DNA from: the human T2T-CHM13v2.0 reference genome, Homo sapiens
Length of the DNA stretch: 64,000 bases
Assembly: GCF_009914755.1 (NCBI RefSeq)
Contig: NC_060927.1
Strand: one strand, 5' to 3'
Of this stretch, positions 1 to 17,319 are shown one piece after another; position 1 is the stretch's first letter; the number at the start of each line of letters is the position of its first letter. The notes under the pieces were generated by a model. That model made no database searches. It was not told the DNA's origin and saw only the letters and a program-made list of their open reading frames with translations. Both the position numbers and the translations under genes were made by a program.

Positions 1-23
1 GCCTATTTATTTCCTTTCCTTTC

Positions 24-769
<746 letters not shown>

Positions 770-1460
770 TACTGTTTTTGTATATATTGCTGGACTTGAT
801 AATGTGCCTTACTTAAAAAGTAAAAATTTTTCATTTATGTTTTTGGTCTGTATTCTTTTCTGATGATGGTCCTTGTCTTGCTTTGGTATTGGGGTAATAC
901 TGGTCTCATAGAATTAAGTTGGAAACTCTTCTAGGAGGGGAGATTTACTAGTAATTGAGCTCCTACTCTGTGCTGCTTTATAGATTCCATTTCCTTTACT
1001 CCTTGGAACTATGCTAGGAGGCAGTATCGTCCCTACTTTGCAGGTAAGGAACCTTAGGTCAAAAGGCAAAGTAATTTCTCAAGGGCACGTTGCCATCATC
1101 AGTGGAGCCAGAATCTGATTGGAAGCTCTGAGGACTCTCTAAGACCAGCCCTTGAATGCTGCCTCCCACTGATGGCTCCCTGCGGCAAGGCCGGCTGTGT
1201 CTCAGCTGGCGGCAGCCCTTTGGTCTGTAGTGAGTCTGTAGTAGTCTAGTTCTGGGCCTCTTTGGCCAGTGACAGACAGGTGGATTCTTCATCTTCCCTG
1301 TTTCCTGGAGTTTGAGGGGTCCTTGTTACCATTCTGCAACAAAGAAGTGTTGGTGCCTCCACAGAAACCAGCTTTGGATGGCTGCTGAGGACAAATCCCC
1401 ATTGTGGATAGAACTGGGAATTGCCTGGATACTCAGTATGGATAATCTCTCTCTTTCTAG

Positions 1461-1568
1461 GATGCTTGGATATTAATTCATCTGTGAAAGGGGCTCGTTT
1501 TGTCAGATTCTGTGATGCATTCAATATTCCACTCATCACTTTTGTTGATGTCCCTGGCTTTCTACCTG
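1461..1568 (+). CDS. PCCB: PCCB coding exon (exon 11 of 15), 108 nt
   Basis: ctctttctag|GATGC acceptor and CCTG|gtaagt donor; encodes (G)[35 protein letters not shown], carboxyltransferase domain. Confidence 0.98.
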
Positions 1569-1766
1569 GTAAGTTTTTGACAGAGTGGGGGCTAGGAGAG
1601 TTGCCTTTCCCAGTAAGGTGCCCACTTTATTTGGAGATCTTCTTGCAGAACTCCCCGAGGACTTGTGACTTCTCCATGTATTCTGGGTGTCCAGAAGATA
1701 GGGCTGTGTAAGGAATGGCCCTCTCCAGAGGTGGGAAAGACCTCACAGCTGAGAGTGGCAGGATAA

Positions 1767-1937
<171 letters not shown>

Positions 1938-2291
1938 TGACCCTGCTCACTTTCCTACAGCATAGCCGTGGTGGGAGGTCTGGCAGAGTTTTACCAGGGC
2001 TGGAAGGAGTACACCTTGCTCATCCTTAAAAAGATCTCTTGAGGATGTTGTTCCCAGCCCCGCAGAAATGTCTGTGCTTTTTTAACACAGGGGAACTGAA
2101 GGCAGTAGTGGGAAAAAGCCAGAAAAGATAATGAGCATTAACTTTGAAAGGTCTTACAGACCGTGGGCCTTCAGGAGCCCAGTAGGGCTATTCTTGTTCT
2201 TTGTCCCAATTTTACCTGGTTTCCTGGGGTCTTTCAGGGACATGATCTGGCTGTCTCAGGCTCTAACACTCAGCATTTGGATCTGTTTTAG

Positions 2292-2507
<216 letters not shown>

Positions 2508-3409
2508 TGAGGTGAATGGGACCTAGACCTTGGTAAGTCTCCCTCTTGGGGCTCCAGAGATAGCTCTGCCTCCTGTCCTATACCCTTTCTTCAGGCCCAC
2601 GCTGGTGTCTTCATGCCAAGGTGGGTGCGGCAGGTGAAAGGAAAGTGAGAGGGGTCCAGAGTGGTTTTGAGATTGTAAGTAAAGGGGGCAAAGGGTTGAG
2701 TCAACTGAAGTCACCTTCAGAAGTATTGGACATTCTCCCAGCTCCACCTCAGCTTCCAGGGAGGGCCCCAGAGCTACTCTTTTAAGCTCATAAGAAGCTA
2801 AACTGTAGGTCCGACCCTAGTGACGTTGGACAAGGTACTTCCTATTGCTTGACCTATTCCTCACTCCTCCCTGCTTTGAAGTAGCTATTGTGGTCGAATC
2901 AGATAACTTCCAGGTCCCCTAGAGTTGACTTATAGGTGCTCTGACTTGAAGGCCAATCCTTCTAATTTCCAGTTCAGTCTGGTCGCCTCTGGCCACCGAA
3001 TTGTGTACTCAGGTCTTAGGGTACCGAAAAAGGGAAATAGCACATTTAATTCCCCTTGATACAAGACCATGGATTTAATAATGGAAAACAGGGCTAACAT
3101 CTTTGGCTCAAAGAAATATGATGAGTGCAAATGGAGATGGTAGAATGGGCTCTGGGGAGAGAAGCTACTGGCTTTTGCCTGACTGCCCCTTATTGGGGCC
3201 ACAGGGAAGCATCACATCCCATCATGCAGCCCCTTGTGTCATGATGGTCAGCCCCAGGCAGTTCCTCCCTCTATGCTATGGCCTTTAGAGATGGCACTTC
3301 CCCTCAGTACACTGATTTACCAAGAAATTTGCACCCACACACAGTGATAATGAGTTGAAGGAGATCTGTCCAGGTTGGGACGACCAAAGATGTTCATGAA
3401 CTCCTCTAA

Positions 3410-3529
<120 letters not shown>

Positions 3530-3747
3530 TGAAGAGGGCAGCTTTGTTTGTTTGGTCAACTTGCTCATTCTTTCTCTACAGAAATTGTCACATAACTGCC
3601 TTTTTGCCTTTGCAGTCTAATCTGTTGACTAGTGAGGGTTGGGACTGTCCCTGGGCAGTCATCACTTGGACTAAGGACTGTGGGACAGGCTGCTTTGGTA
3701 ACCACAATTAAAACAACATTGCCAAAGTGTATTAAATTTCTAGGTGT

Positions 3748-4250
3748 TGTTCCAGTTGTCTAGTGCTGTGCAGAAATTCACCCTATAACTCAGCAGCTTA
3801 AACTAACCACCGTTTCCCCCACTGCTTATGGTTCTGTGGGGTCCACAATTTGGTCTGGGCCCAGCTGAGTGGTTCTTGTGCTGGTCTTGCCTGGGATCAC
3901 CCACACAGGTATAGTCATTCTGTGGCTTGACCGGGGCTTGACAGTCCAAAATGGCGTCACTTACTTGGTAGTTGCTGTTAGCTAGACTCACTCCCCACGT
4001 GGCCTCTCACCCTTGAGGAGGCTAGTCCAGGCTTCCTTACATGGTGTCCCGAGAGTAGCAAGGGGGCAAAGGGAAACTGAGGCCTAGATTTGGAAGTTGC
4101 ACAGTGTCATTTTTGCCACATTTTATAGGCCAAGAAAACTCAACAAGGTTAAGCGAAGGAATACAAATCCACCTCTTGAAGAGAGAAGTGGTAAAGTCAC
4201 ATTGCAGGACTTGTGTACAAGGATGAATTGTTATAGCCATTTTTGAAAAC
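3748..4250 (-). mobile_element. MLT1-type MaLR LTR (MLT1G/H-like) in PCCB intron 14
   Basis: Reverse-complement MLT1 3' end (tgttccagttgtctagtgctgtg) and internal ccacgtggcctctc..ggctagtccaggcttccttacatgg motifs. Confidence 0.65.
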
Positions 4251-4279
4251 CTAGATGTATTTTCTTTATTTCCTATTGA

Positions 4280-4684
<405 letters not shown>

Positions 4685-4808
4685 ACAAATCAAAGGAAAA
4701 GAAACCAAGAACTGAATTACTGTCTGCCCATTCACATCCCATTCCTGCCTTTTGCAATCATGAAACCTGGGAATCCAAATAGTTGGATAACTTAGAATAA
4801 CTAAGTTT

Positions 4809-4814
4809 ATTAAA
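4809..4814 (+). terminator. PCCB: PCCB polyadenylation signal (ATTAAA variant)
   Basis: ATTAAA 125 nt after the stop, followed by U/GU-rich tctcttttgtgcctt; cleavage inferred near 4825-4830. Confidence 0.8.
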
Positions 4815-5391
4815 TTCTAGAAAGATCTCTTTTGTGCCTTACTGTAAAATTATTTACTTTTTTAAACATTTTAAGTTGTATTTTTTGAGCATAAATTCGA
4901 TTTTTTTAGGTGGAAATCTGAAAAATCAATACAACTAGAAAGAAAAATAGTACACAGTGTTATCATCTAGAGCTGATTTTTATTTCACACCTCTGGGTAT
5001 TGTTCTTTTTCCTCTCGAGTTAGTTTTTTTATCCATAGGTGAGATATATAGTAAGTTTTTAAGGCAAAGTATTTCTTAGGCTTAAGTTTCCTTATTTTAA
5101 AAATAGGGTAATATGCCCTATCTATCTCCTAATTCCTCCATGAATTGAGGATTAAATGTGATGTTTGCAATTGTGGTATATGTGTTTAGCAGTACAGATG
5201 CTCAATAAGGCATAGCACCCTATGTTGACTCAGGTTATTTCCAGAAATGTGTTCTTAAAATTAAAAAAAAACTTTTTAATTGCGAAAATTTTCAAGCCGA
5301 TAGAAATGTTGCAAGAAGTGTATTGTATCCACTTCACCTAGATTCTCCAGTTGGTAACATTTTCTCCATTTGCTTTATTTCTTCCATACGT

Positions 5392-5570
5392 AGATATATC
5401 TAATAATATATAATATGCATATAAGATATATCTAATTATATAATTATATTAATATAATTAATGTATAATTATATCTAACATGATTATATATATTTATATA
5501 TTTATATTATGTATTTATACATTATATAATTATATAATTGTATAACATATACAATATAATTATTTAATTG
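5392..5570. repeat. AT-rich low-complexity tract
   Basis: Degenerate (TA/TAA)n, very few G or C over ~180 nt. Confidence 0.9.
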
Positions 5571-5965
5571 ACCCCTTTGAAAGTCAGTTGCAGATTCGTG
5601 ACCCTGTGTTCCTAGAAACTTGTATCTCCTAGGAACAAGGTCCTTTGTCTTACATAGTCTGTCGTTCATGACGTTGACATTTTTGAGGAGAGCTTACTTG
5701 CTGGTTATTTGGTAGAGTGTCCTTCAGTTTGGGATGTCTGTTTCCTGAGGTTTAGATTCAGATAAGACTAACACATATTCCTTTCAGTGCGTCACATTAG
5801 TAAGCACATTATGTCAGTTTTTCCTCCTGTTGGTAACTGATTCTGATCACATGGTTAAGGTCGTGGCTGCAAAGGTTTTTCCATGGTAGTTACCATTTTC
5901 TCTTTGTAACTGATAACTAATTTGTGGGGTATTATTTAATCTTGTCTGTCAATAAACTTTCACCT

Positions 5966-6275
<310 letters not shown>

Positions 6276-6328
6276 TTAGTATTCATTGATGATTTTTGCC
6301 TCAATCAATGATTCTGCATTGATTATAA

Positions 6329-6709
<381 letters not shown>

Positions 6710-7696
6710 TTTAATATATCCCACTGATTTTTTTAGTATTTCGTTATTTTCTGACAAGATAATGCTCTAGGCTTATCTTGTATTTTCCTTGCCCAGCCCA
6801 GGAATCAGCAGTTTCTCCAAGGAGTTTCTTTAATAGGTATGTAGTAGTAGTATATAGTAGTTTCTTAGTTTCTTTTAGTAGGTATGTCATTTAGAAGCTA
6901 AAATTGGCACTAGGTATTCACACTGATACTGGATATCATTGCTTTGAGGCATTTCAGCAGACAGAACTAGGAAAATTTATGCAAATAAGTGTGTGTATAT
7001 ATATGTGGGACACATGTATATATGAATACATATTTATCATACTTTTAAATCATGAGTTCATACTGAAACTTTTAATCCAACACCATGGGTGCTTCTTTGC
7101 CTTCCCCCATTCTGTATTGTCTCTCTTACCACAGCAGTAATAACCCTGGCTCCCATTATTCTCAATATATTTCACTCATTTGCTCAGTGCTACCATAAAT
7201 ACAAGTTTCAGAATCACTACAGCTCTATCAACAATAAACCTTCTAAAGTTCACGACTTCTTTGTAGTTCATTTTGTCTTTAAACTGAAGATACATGGTTA
7301 AGCTACCTCAATTAGTAACTGAGTGGTTATCAATATGAATTAGTCCTTTTTGTTTGTAAACCACTTTAAAGCCTTTCCTCCTACACTGTTGACTTGATTT
7401 TACTAAGTTAAAACATTAATAGTTTTACCGAACTGGAGATTAAGTTTGAGCAGAAGTACCAACCATGGAGTGCTGATCCAAGATGCCCCCCCACCTCAGG
7501 CATCCTCTCTGGTGAAACCCCAGGGCCCTCCCACTACTGATGGCTTTCCCTTGGCTCCAGAGATCTGTAAGCACTGCTTGGACAGTGAATCATTATTTCA
7601 AGGTCAACTTAATGTGTGACTGTTTATTCTCCACTTTTCCCATTTCAAAAATATTTTCCCCTACCCCCCATTCCCAGTAGCCCTTAAGAGTCATTC

Positions 7697-7722
7697 TTTT
7701 TTTTTTTTTTTTTTTTTTTTTT
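7697..7722. repeat. Poly(T)26 not attached to an Alu
   Basis: Read directly. Confidence 0.95.
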
Positions 7723-9486
7723 CTTAAAGCATCTTTCCACTCTCCTTCAGTCACCAATCCTAGTTGGGCTCTGAGGACTTTTGCAGCAGTCTCTTCACTG
7801 ATCTCTGTGGCCTCCCACTGAGCTGGAAGTCCTGTTCTCAGCTACCATACTAACTCCAGATCCAGATTTTGTTGCATTCCTCTGCTCCAGCGCCACTTCC
7901 AGAGCTCCCTGTTCTCCAGAGTCCTTAGCCCACGTAGGTGGTCCTGGACAGTCTGTCCCTCCCTTGCTTGCCTAGTGAGTTTTCTGAGCCCACAGTTCTT
8001 GTTTTCGTGATCTCTGCTATGGTCCATAAAAGAGTACATACAAGCTCTTTTTTTTCTTTTTGGAGGTAAGAGTCCAAGAAGTGTTTCACCAGGTTGTGCA
8101 GTCTGGACACCGAGATGGTAGAGGGGCTGTAAGATGGTAGAGGAACCAGCTCAGGAGAGCAGCTGGGCTAGCAGCTTTACGGAAGCCTTGGATGGTGGGG
8201 AAACTCCCGTACAGAAACTCAGCTGGTCAAAGAAACTCAAAGCCACAAGACCTTGGAAGCTTTGTCAAGTGGACCAGCCTCCATGGACCACGGAATACCT
8301 TGAGAGTAATGACAGTTGAGTGTTCTCTTGTGTGGGAATGCCTTCCCCAGCTGGTGCCCTCACCTTAAAGGGAAAAAGAAAATACACTGAATTTTGTAAA
8401 TGGGAAATACTTGGGTCCACTGAGCTGATAGCTGACAAGTGTCTGTCTTTAAACTGAGAGCAGATAATATGGTGAGCTGTGGTGTAGGAAGCACTGCTAG
8501 GGTCTTGCTGGTCCTGCCCCGCCTTGTGTTAATCCAGTTCCTCCTGAGCTACACAGCTGACAAGTGGTGAAGCTGGGATTTGAACTCAGATGGGTTTGAC
8601 CCCAGCCAAGCCTGTGTTCTGATCATTTCAAAGTACTGCCACTCAGCTGATGAGGAAGGTGAGATGGACTTCTAAGGGTTGGCCTAAGAGTAGGGGTGAG
8701 GGAGGTTGGTGGTCTGTTCCCCTGGGCTTGTCTTAACCCAGAAAGCTACTACATTTAGACAGCTTTCCTATCTCCCGCATGATTCTCTTGCAAAGCAGTA
8801 CCAACAGATGGCCAGTCATCTTTTTGAGTTGCTAGAGTAATGGGGAGCACATCCACAATACACCCTTCTAATGCTTGTTAGAAAGTGCTTTTGTTGCAAA
8901 GTTCTTCTAGCTTCTTTTTTTGACCCTGTCTTGGTCTCCCCAGCCCAACTTTCTGCCTCTGGTTGCACTGATACTTTGTCCTGGTGCTGGTGCTTAAGAT
9001 GTGGTCTGCTCAGCCAAAGAAGTCTGTGAAGGATACTCACCCACATGTGGAGTTGATGAATCAGCCCTCTTCACCTATTCAACAGATGTGACTGTTTTGT
9101 CTTTCTGGTTCCAAAGGATTTCTGGAGAGCTATGACTTTACCCTTTTAGAAGTATTGGTCCTCATACTCTGTGCACCTCTGATGTCAGCATGGGATTTCT
9201 ACAATTCCAAGCAGGAGTTGCAGCCACTTGATAGGCAGTGCCTCAGTCTGGGGCCTCTGTGGAATCCAGCTGGCATATTCCAGCCAATGTGGCAGCCTCA
9301 ATAGTTAGTTAAGTTTTGACCATGTCCCTACTGTCCTGGGTGGTGAAAATACTCCCTTTATGTGTCCTTGGGAGCAGAAAGATGCTCTTCAAAAAGTGGT
9401 GCCTGATGGAGATCTCCACAGAACAAGACACTCAGAAGGGCAGGGATAGAATCTTACCTGAGCTTGGTCTAGTATGAAAAGCCTAA

Positions 9487-9803
<317 letters not shown>

Positions 9804-10189
9804 GGCAAGCCTGAGTGGCATCAAACCTTTGTTTCCCATGAATATACTAGTCCCTGCTTGATGGACTGTTACCTGGGAACAGGGGCAAACAGGGAGTTAC
9901 AGTCAAGCCACAAATGGGAGATTTGCAAGCCTGACCCAAGCCTGAAAGTGCTCATCTAGTCTCATACTCTTGTAACCATCTAGATGAGCTGTTACAGACC
10001 ATCCTTAAATGACCTTCCTTCCTTGGCTGTCTGGAAAGCTTGCTTGCTGATTTGTCTCCCACACCTTTGCCTTTTTTGCATAGGCATATTAGGCCATTTA
10101 AGGAACTCACCCCCTATTGCCAGACCCATGAAGTGTGTAGGGTATGACTTCTTAAAGAAAGAGTGAGGAGGTCTAATGCCAAGAGAAAC

Positions 10190-10468
10190 TTTTTAAGACA
10201 GTCTGGCTCTGTTACCTAGATTGGAGTGCAGTAGTGGTGCAATCTTGGCTCACTGCAACAACCTCCACCTTGTGGGCTCAAGCCATCCTCCTACCTTAGC
10301 CTCACGAGTAGCTGGTGTGCGCCATCATACGCAGCTAATTTTTGTATTTTTTGTAGAGGAGTTTTACCATGCTACCCAGGCTGGTCTCGAACTCTTGAGC
10401 TCAAGTGATCCACTCACCTTGGCCTTCCAAAGTGCTGGGATTACAGGCGTGAGCCACCATGCCTGGCT
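10190..10468 (-). mobile_element. AluJ
   Basis: Diverged Alu with gggctcaagccatcctcc J-type motif. Confidence 0.9.
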
Positions 10469-10913
10469 GAAAACTTCATTTCTGTAGCTGCATTGACTCT
10501 ATGTGGTCTTCAAAAGGGCACTGCCAGGGTGCAATTATGCATGTAAGCCCAGAGTCTCAAGCCGTGAGGACCCATGCTACAGGCCAGTGGATGGGTGTTC
10601 CCTGAATGCCTCATGCAAAACTCAGTTTGCAAGAGACTCCCTCTTAAACCACAGATGACTTGGCCTACACACACTCCAGAGAAATCTAAGGAATGAAAGA
10701 AAGTGAGCTATTCCTAAATTCTGCTTTCTTAAAAAAAATTAAAAAGCCAAAACAACAAAACCACCAACTCACTAATAAGGTTAACTTGCTGCCATTTAAC
10801 AGATTATCAGAAATTGCAAACTCTCTCAAGAGCCACAGGACAGAAAATCATCTCTTTAAAGCCATACCTGGTAGAAACAATAGGATGACTACCACAAGCC
10901 TGATTTTGAATAG

Positions 10914-10919
10914 TTTATT
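10914..10919 (-). terminator. STAG1: STAG1 distal poly(A) signal AATAAA
   Basis: tttatt on the + strand; three sense UGUA elements upstream (taca at 10951, 10984, 10991). Confidence 0.8.
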
Positions 10920-12079
10920 AAAGGAAAGGTGAAGCATCAGTTTCAAATTGTACAAAAGGAAAAAAAACCTCATATTGCAAATGTACAATTTACAGAATTA
11001 CTAGCAAAACCAATCAAGGAGACACCGAAAATACAAAAATTTGATTGACTTCAAACTGAACTGGAAACCCATTGGAGTAGATATTTAGCCTTTTTGTGTG
11101 GCATGGTAGTCTACAATTCTGTCAGCATCTGTTTTCCATACAAGACTGTCACGCAAAGGATCAATTTGTGCATGTGCCAGGGCACCTCATGGCTTGCTCC
11201 CTGGCCAAAACCACAGGCAGGCAGGGCTGGGGTGGACAGTCCAGTCATTCCTGCACCTTCACTTCCAGTGAAGCCCACAATTCTGGGAGAAAGTGAGGCC
11301 CCAGCTCCCCTAACTGGAGCCCAAGAATTGCTGAATTAGCAGAGAAGATATTTTTGGTGACCAGGTTTTTTTCAGAACTGTACAAATGTTGAGAAAAATG
11401 TTTTGTGTCTTTACTAAAAGGATGAATAAAATCATCCATCATCATCTTGCTTTCCCGCACAAAAGATGATCACTGGGTGTGCAGAATTTTAAAAAATGTT
11501 TTTCGTATTTGATAAAAAGGGAAAGCCTCATGATTCTGTTGCAGCTACTTTAAAAACCAGCCCAGAAACAGCTGTGGATGAATTGGTTTGGAAATTCTGA
11601 GGCTTACTTTAGAAATCAGAAAGGAAGAGACTAAGTGGGGTTTTTAAAACAATAGCAGCAAGTCATAAAAGTCTAGGCAGAATGTAACTCTAAACCATTG
11701 TAGACTGTCCTGAAGATTCATAATTTCTTTCCCCAAAAGAATTATTCTTAATATGCACATTTAACACTGAAATGTAGCTGTAATTCAAGGTAAGCTTAGG
11801 AACTTCACCCTCTAAGCACAGACTTCTATGCAGCACATACTTCTATAATCAGTAAACTTAATTCACAAAATTAGCGCATAAGGGTATTAAGTGCATGGGA
11901 AGTAAACACAGTTATGTTACACTTAAAATTACTTTTGAATGATTGATAAAGGATTTCTTCATGATTGATTATCTTAAGAAAATGGAAGTCTGTGTAACTT
12001 GAATTTGGCAGGGCATGAAATAAGTGGTAAAAACAGCAAACTGATAACTTGAGAATCATTTTCGTTTTACTGAGAATAC

Positions 12080-12085
12080 TTTATT
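12080..12085 (-). terminator. STAG1: STAG1 candidate proximal poly(A) signal AATAAA
   Basis: tttatt on the + strand; sense GU-rich gtttgctgtttt about 40-50 nt downstream. Confidence 0.6.
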
Positions 12086-12910
12086 TGCTGGTAGAAGTTG
12101 CTAAAAATGCACAGAACAAATACCAATAGAAAATGCACTGTATTTGAATCTCCCTAGTCTATATAAAATGAACGGTGTACAGCATCTGTTGGAAAAATGG
12201 CTGCATGGACATTTCTTATTTTATGCCCACTTATAAATAAAAATAAACCTTTTATTCAAGAGTATATAAAATCTGGGAATTCATATCCATATCCACAGAG
12301 GGTGTGTGGTTTTTGGCAGAGATGTACTATGTCAGAATTTCATCTTAGCTTGTCAATGTTCTGCTCCTTCATTATTTGTGTTCCACAAAGGTCAACCAAA
12401 TCCAGTGAACTCCAAAACACTCTTCGCAATTAGGATGAGCTGCTTACTCATAGGTTTAATAAAAATGGTTAGCTTTTAAAACATAAAAAGGCAAAATGTT
12501 AAAACGGTTTTTAAATTGTACAACAGGAAAATAAAGTTAAAAATATGTTTTTTTTTACTCAATGTTGAGTTTTCATAAAACAGGTGTATAACAGTGTTTA
12601 TCTTGACAGCTGTTTTAAAAATTTAAAATTTCTTCCTCCCTCCAGAAAAACACACACATCTGTATTGGGATAAGTCCAACAGTAGGACACAAATGATTTT
12701 CAGGTCAGTCTTTCTGAGTTGACATTCACCAACATTCCCTTGGGTAATTTACATGCTCCTCTTCTGTCACTGCAAAAAGGGATTGACCTTAATCATTTGA
12801 TTAAAAAACAAATCAGATCACATCAAAAGTGTTTTTCCCCATACAAGCTATCACAGTATATAGGCCTCTAGCTCTAAATAATAGAGTTCCAGATTTGTAA
12901 ATTTTCTTCA

Positions 12911-13132
<222 letters not shown>

Positions 13133-13606
13133 TTAATTTTTTTCTGAGATCATTAAGACAATGAATTGTGATAATCAGCTAATATTTCTGACAGTATCAT
13201 AAATATATGGAACTGCTAAGAGTCAATTTTGAAAGGAAGAAGAGAATCTGGCTTTTATATGAAATAGATTTTTTAAAAACAAACAGTACTTTTGGCTTTT
13301 AATTATGTTGGCAAAAACAAGGCACAAAACTTTCAAACTATCATGAATAAACAACATGTTAATACATATAAATAACTTTGGGCCTACATGCCCAGGCCAT
13401 ATCTTCCCTTTAAAGTCACAGAAAAATTACAGAATTCATTAACTACTAGGTGATAAACCTCTGTGAATTCCCCAAAGCAGGTAGATGGAAAGTTATTGGA
13501 AGGTGGGGGCAGGGAGATTATAGATTGGAGTAATATGATCTCATTTATATTTACAAAACTTACAAAAACTTTTCATTATGGAAAATTCACAACATACAAA
13601 GCAAAA

Positions 13607-14252
<646 letters not shown>

Positions 14253-15121
14253 ACAGAAAAAGCAGCATGATTAATTTCTATGTACCCATCACCCAGTTTC
14301 AAAAATTGTCAAACATTTGGCCAGTCTTGTTCCACTGAGTCTCACTGTTTTTCCTTCCCTATGTAATTCTGCCTATAACTACTACAATGTGTTGTCTATA
14401 ACTGATGAGAACTTTTGAAAAAAACATAAACACCATGCATTACTATTCCTGAAGAAATAAGTTCTTAGTATCACCTATGGTTAAGTCCATATCTCAAACA
14501 TGTCTTCTCATACTGAACAAAGAAGTCCCATATTCGGCATTTTGTTATGCTGAAGCACCGTGGATTTTTGTCAGGCTCAAATTTAAAGCACAAGAGGCCA
14601 GATACACAGTGACGCTGAAAGATCTGGTATGAGCTCTCTTCAAAGAAGGTAAAAAGAAAGAACCAGTTTCTGTTATTATCAGAATTTAAAATATGACTGC
14701 TTTGAAAGGAGGCTTGAAGAACACCCAAGCTCATCCAAATGCCCACTGTTGTTGATCAGTGTCACCTCCTCCTCACCTCACCCTTCCTCCCAGAATTCTG
14801 AGAATAAGAGGATAATTTTTTTTTGTTTTTCTGAGATGGAGTTTCGCTCTTGTTGTCCAGGCTAGATTGCAATGGCACGATCTTGGCTCACTACAACCTC
14901 AGCCTCCCAAGTAGCTGGGATTACGGGCACGTGCCACCACGCCTGGCTAATTTTGTATTTTTAGTAGAGACGGGGTTTCTCCATATTGGTCAGGCTGGTT
15001 TCGAACTCCCGACCTCAGGTGATCCACCCACCTCAGCCTCCCAAAGTGCTGGGATTACAGGTGTGAGCCACCATGCCCGGCCTAAGAGGATCATCTTACA
15101 CCAATGCCCCCACATATTTTA

Positions 15122-15286
<165 letters not shown>

Positions 15287-15572
15287 TCAGAAAGCTCATC
15301 AGACTCCACCATTTGGAGTCCTGGCTGTTTCTCAGATTAAAGTTATTCTAACCAACTGAAGTATACCTTCTAATCATGACCTACAGACTACACAAATTAG
15401 ACTGAATTCCAAGACAATTAAGAATCATTCCTTTGGTTCATTCAAGATTTCATCTCACATATCAAAAGGAAGTACAATTCAATAATAACGGTTGTTAACA
15501 TTTATTTATGTGTCAATTACCCTAAAAATCTTATTGGTAGTATTATCCCAATTTTACAAATGAGGAACCTGA

Positions 15573-15749
<177 letters not shown>

Positions 15750-16100
15750 TAGTAGAGACGGGGTTTCACGATGTTGGCCAGGCTGGTCTTGAACTCCTGA
15801 CCTCAAGTGATCCGCCCGCCTCGGCCTCCCAAAGTGCTGGGATTACAGGCGGAGCCACCGCGCCTAGCCAGCACAGATGTTTTAGAGCTTGTCCAAGGCC
15901 ATGCAGCTGCCAAGTGGCAGAGCTAGGATTTAAATGCTGAAAGTGTTAAGAACTCACGCCCTCCTTTCCTATGCTGCATAGCATATCACGAATTATAATT
16001 TTAACTCCTAAGACCAAACATCAAAGAAACCCAAGTCATTTCACAAAATGATGGGCATCACATAGTTGTTATGTTCTTGTGATACTCCATGTAACACTTA

Positions 16101-16262
<162 letters not shown>

Positions 16263-16386
16263 CTAATGAGCCCCAAGCTAAGAAAGCCAAGGTAGGTTTA
16301 CTTAATCCCATGTTGGAGGAATTAGCTGGATTTATTCTGGTGCCTTTTTATAAAAAAGGCAATAAGTTGCCCAAAGATATCTGTAA

Positions 16387-16885
<499 letters not shown>

Positions 16886-16919
16886 TAGTTAGGATGGTCT
16901 CGATCTCCTGACCTTGTGA

Positions 16920-17319
<400 letters not shown>

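Noticed and set aside
7683-7736. Solo poly(A) retro-insertion with TSD (cttaagagtcattctt versus cttaaagcatctt)
   Set aside because: The putative TSD needs three indels in 16 nt; simple slippage explains the run
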